Positions 61,968 to 64,000 of a stretch of DNA of 64,000 nucleotides are shown piece after piece. Within the stretch, counting starts at the first letter, position 1. Every line of letters begins with the position of its first letter. The translations under genes were made by a program, and so were the position numbers. The notes below the pieces were generated by a model that was given only the letters and a program-made list of their open reading frames with translations, was not told where the DNA came from and searched no databases. The DNA is from Octopus sinensis (taxonomy: Eukaryota). The stretch lies in NCBI RefSeq assembly GCF_006345805.1, contig NC_043011.1, positions 32,004,464-32,068,463 of the forward strand. The letters are read 5' to 3'.

Positions 61968-62825
61968 TTGTATACTGTGCGACATCTATAATAATAATAA
62001 TAATATTTTCTACTAAAGGCTCAAGGCCTGAAATTTGTGGGGAGGGGACTAGTCGATTACAATCGATATCAGTGCGTAACTGGTACTTAGTTCATTGGCC
62101 CCGAAAGGATGAAAGGCGAAGTCGACCTCAGCAGAATTTGAACTCAGAACGTAGCAACTAGTGAAATACTGCTGAGCATTTCGTCTAGAGTGTTAACGGT
62201 TCTGCCATAATAATAATGAATTTATTGTATACAGTACCCAGGTGCACTACTACTCACAAGAAAAAATGTAACCAAAACTACGTGCACAGTACATAGGATA
62301 TGCACAGGAAGTTAATGTCTTTAAAATACATGCGAGAGAGCATCGGGTGTACTACTATCAGCAAAATTCAGGAAGCAAGAAAGTCTCGAAGGATGTAGCG
62401 CTTTGTTCAGGAACACAGTGCATCACTTGGTCCAGGAATCGAAACTACAATCTTGTGATCGCGAATGCAACACCATAACCACTAAACCACGCGCTTTTAC
62501 TTCTGTGATTGATACCAGAGAAATAATTTTTCAGTGAGTACAAGACAAACACTATTTCATTTGTTAATGAGGTGAGGAAACCAAATATCATAAGTGAAAT
62601 AAACGATGCAGAGTAAAGAGAATCTGCCATTAGGATAAGAGCAGAAGATTTAAATTAGTTCGTGAAGAATGACTTCAAATTTGATGAATTTACGTTAGGA
62701 CTTTGTATCGGACACGCAAGAACTGAGAACAATGTCATACACAAGGGAGACAACTGCCATGGCTTGCACGTCTCGTATCTGAGACCTCCGTCTGTCATTA
62801 ATGACCATGTTTACGGTCTTGGCTG

Positions 62826-63790
62826 GGCGGAGGTAAAGACAATGGACCACACCCGCTTTGGGATTGTTTTTATTTTCTTTTTTACAGGAACCCACTATAT
62901 CGAGTGCTGAGATTCTGAATCTGCAAAAAAGTCTGCATTTCAAAATTTAATTCCTTCTCCCCTCCTAAATATCTTAAATTTTCACTTTTTTTTAGAAAAA
63001 TACGGATTTTGAAAAGAAAATTTTGTAAAATTTCAATTTTTCAAAAAATAAATAAACACCCCCTCCCTCCCCCGCCCTATGACAAGAAGTGAAATTATAG
63101 TGTTTTCTTTACTAATGTTTCATGACGAACATAACCCAACATGTTGTGGTCAGGGTCTTTTGAAATTAAGAGAGATATGTAAAAATTAAATTTTTTGCAC
63201 ACACACACACAAAATGAAATTAATTTTTTTTTTCTGTTTTGGTAATTCGTATTTAGAAATTTGATCCTCGGTTTGGCTGTTGTTTCTAGCTTGTCAGATT
63301 TCCGGTTGGGGCAGATTTAAATTTTGAAATCTTTTCTTTGGTAATTCGTATTAAAATTTTGAAAATGTGTTTACTAGCATGTCAGGTTTTCTGTTTAGAT
63401 ACTTTTTGCGTCTGCTATTTTATAATTCTATGCATGCGTGAAACATTAGTAGAAAAAAAACACTTTAATTTCAGTTCTAGTCATAGGACGGAGGGGAGGG
63501 GTGTTTATTTATTTATTAAAAAAAATTGGGGGGGGGGAATTGAAATTTTACTGAATCTTTTTTTTTTCAGAATCATAATCTCCGTATTTTTCTGCATATT
63601 TTGCCAAAAAAAAAAAAAAAAATTTTAAGTGAAAATTTAAGAAATTTGGGTAGTGGGAAATTAAAATTTTTAAATGCAGATTTTTTTTTTGCAGATTCGG
63701 AATCTCCGTACTCGATATAGTGGGTTTCTGTGGAAAAAAAAAAAAAAAAAATTCCCAAAGGGAGTGTGGTCCATTGTCTTTACCTCCGCC
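62826..63790. mobile_element. Non-autonomous long-TIR (foldback-like) DNA element, superfamily unassigned
   Basis: Arms 62826-63122 and 63439-63790 are inverted copies starting GGCGGAGGTAAAGACAATGGACCACAC; flanking 8-mers cttggctg/tttggctg (7/8 TSD). Confidence 0.85.
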
Positions 63791-64000
63791 TTTGGCTGTC
63801 CATCCTACTACAACAGCATTGTCCATGGCTGAACAGTCCGATATATGAAAGGCAATCTCTGTCACACAAACCACGCACTTGTGGGGTGTCCTGTTGTTCG
63901 AGTTGTAGCAATGACTTATAAATGGTAACTGTTACACCCCATGTTGTGTTGATGCTGTAGATGACGTTGGATAGTCCTCTCCTGTGTGTTGTCCAGTTCT

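Overview
Repeat-rich, AT-rich animal genomic DNA. The SINE, LINE and MITE families and the microsatellite load point to a coleoid cephalopod, most likely Octopus (inferred from repeat content only). Two protein-coding genes are arranged divergently. (1) On the minus strand is an ERCC6L2-like SNF2-family helicase: I reconstructed 11 phase-consistent GT-AG coding exons by hand between 17061 and 1180 (1287 nt, 429 codons). The gene continues beyond the left window edge, and its N-terminal/first exon is not resolved. (2) On the plus strand is a TOPORS-like RING E3 ligase encoded in one 4.7-kb exon (47826-52535). Between them, about 28.7-32.7 kb is a CpG-retaining zone poor in young transposons, with candidate 5' exons on both strands (putative bidirectional promoter region). 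The rest is degraded or non-autonomous transposable elements: Tc1/mariner, piggyBac-type and hAT MITEs, a long-TIR foldback-like element, RTE, CR1 and R4/Dong LINE fragments, several tRNA-derived SINE families, and Penelope-like repeats carrying hammerhead-ribozyme cores. Other notable structures are two long near-palindromes in non-coding DNA and a SEC-C-like Cys4 motif in ERCC6L2. All alignments and family assignments were made by eye from memory of these families; no database search was run. Most repeat coordinates are approximate; exon, TIR and TSD coordinates were counted by hand.
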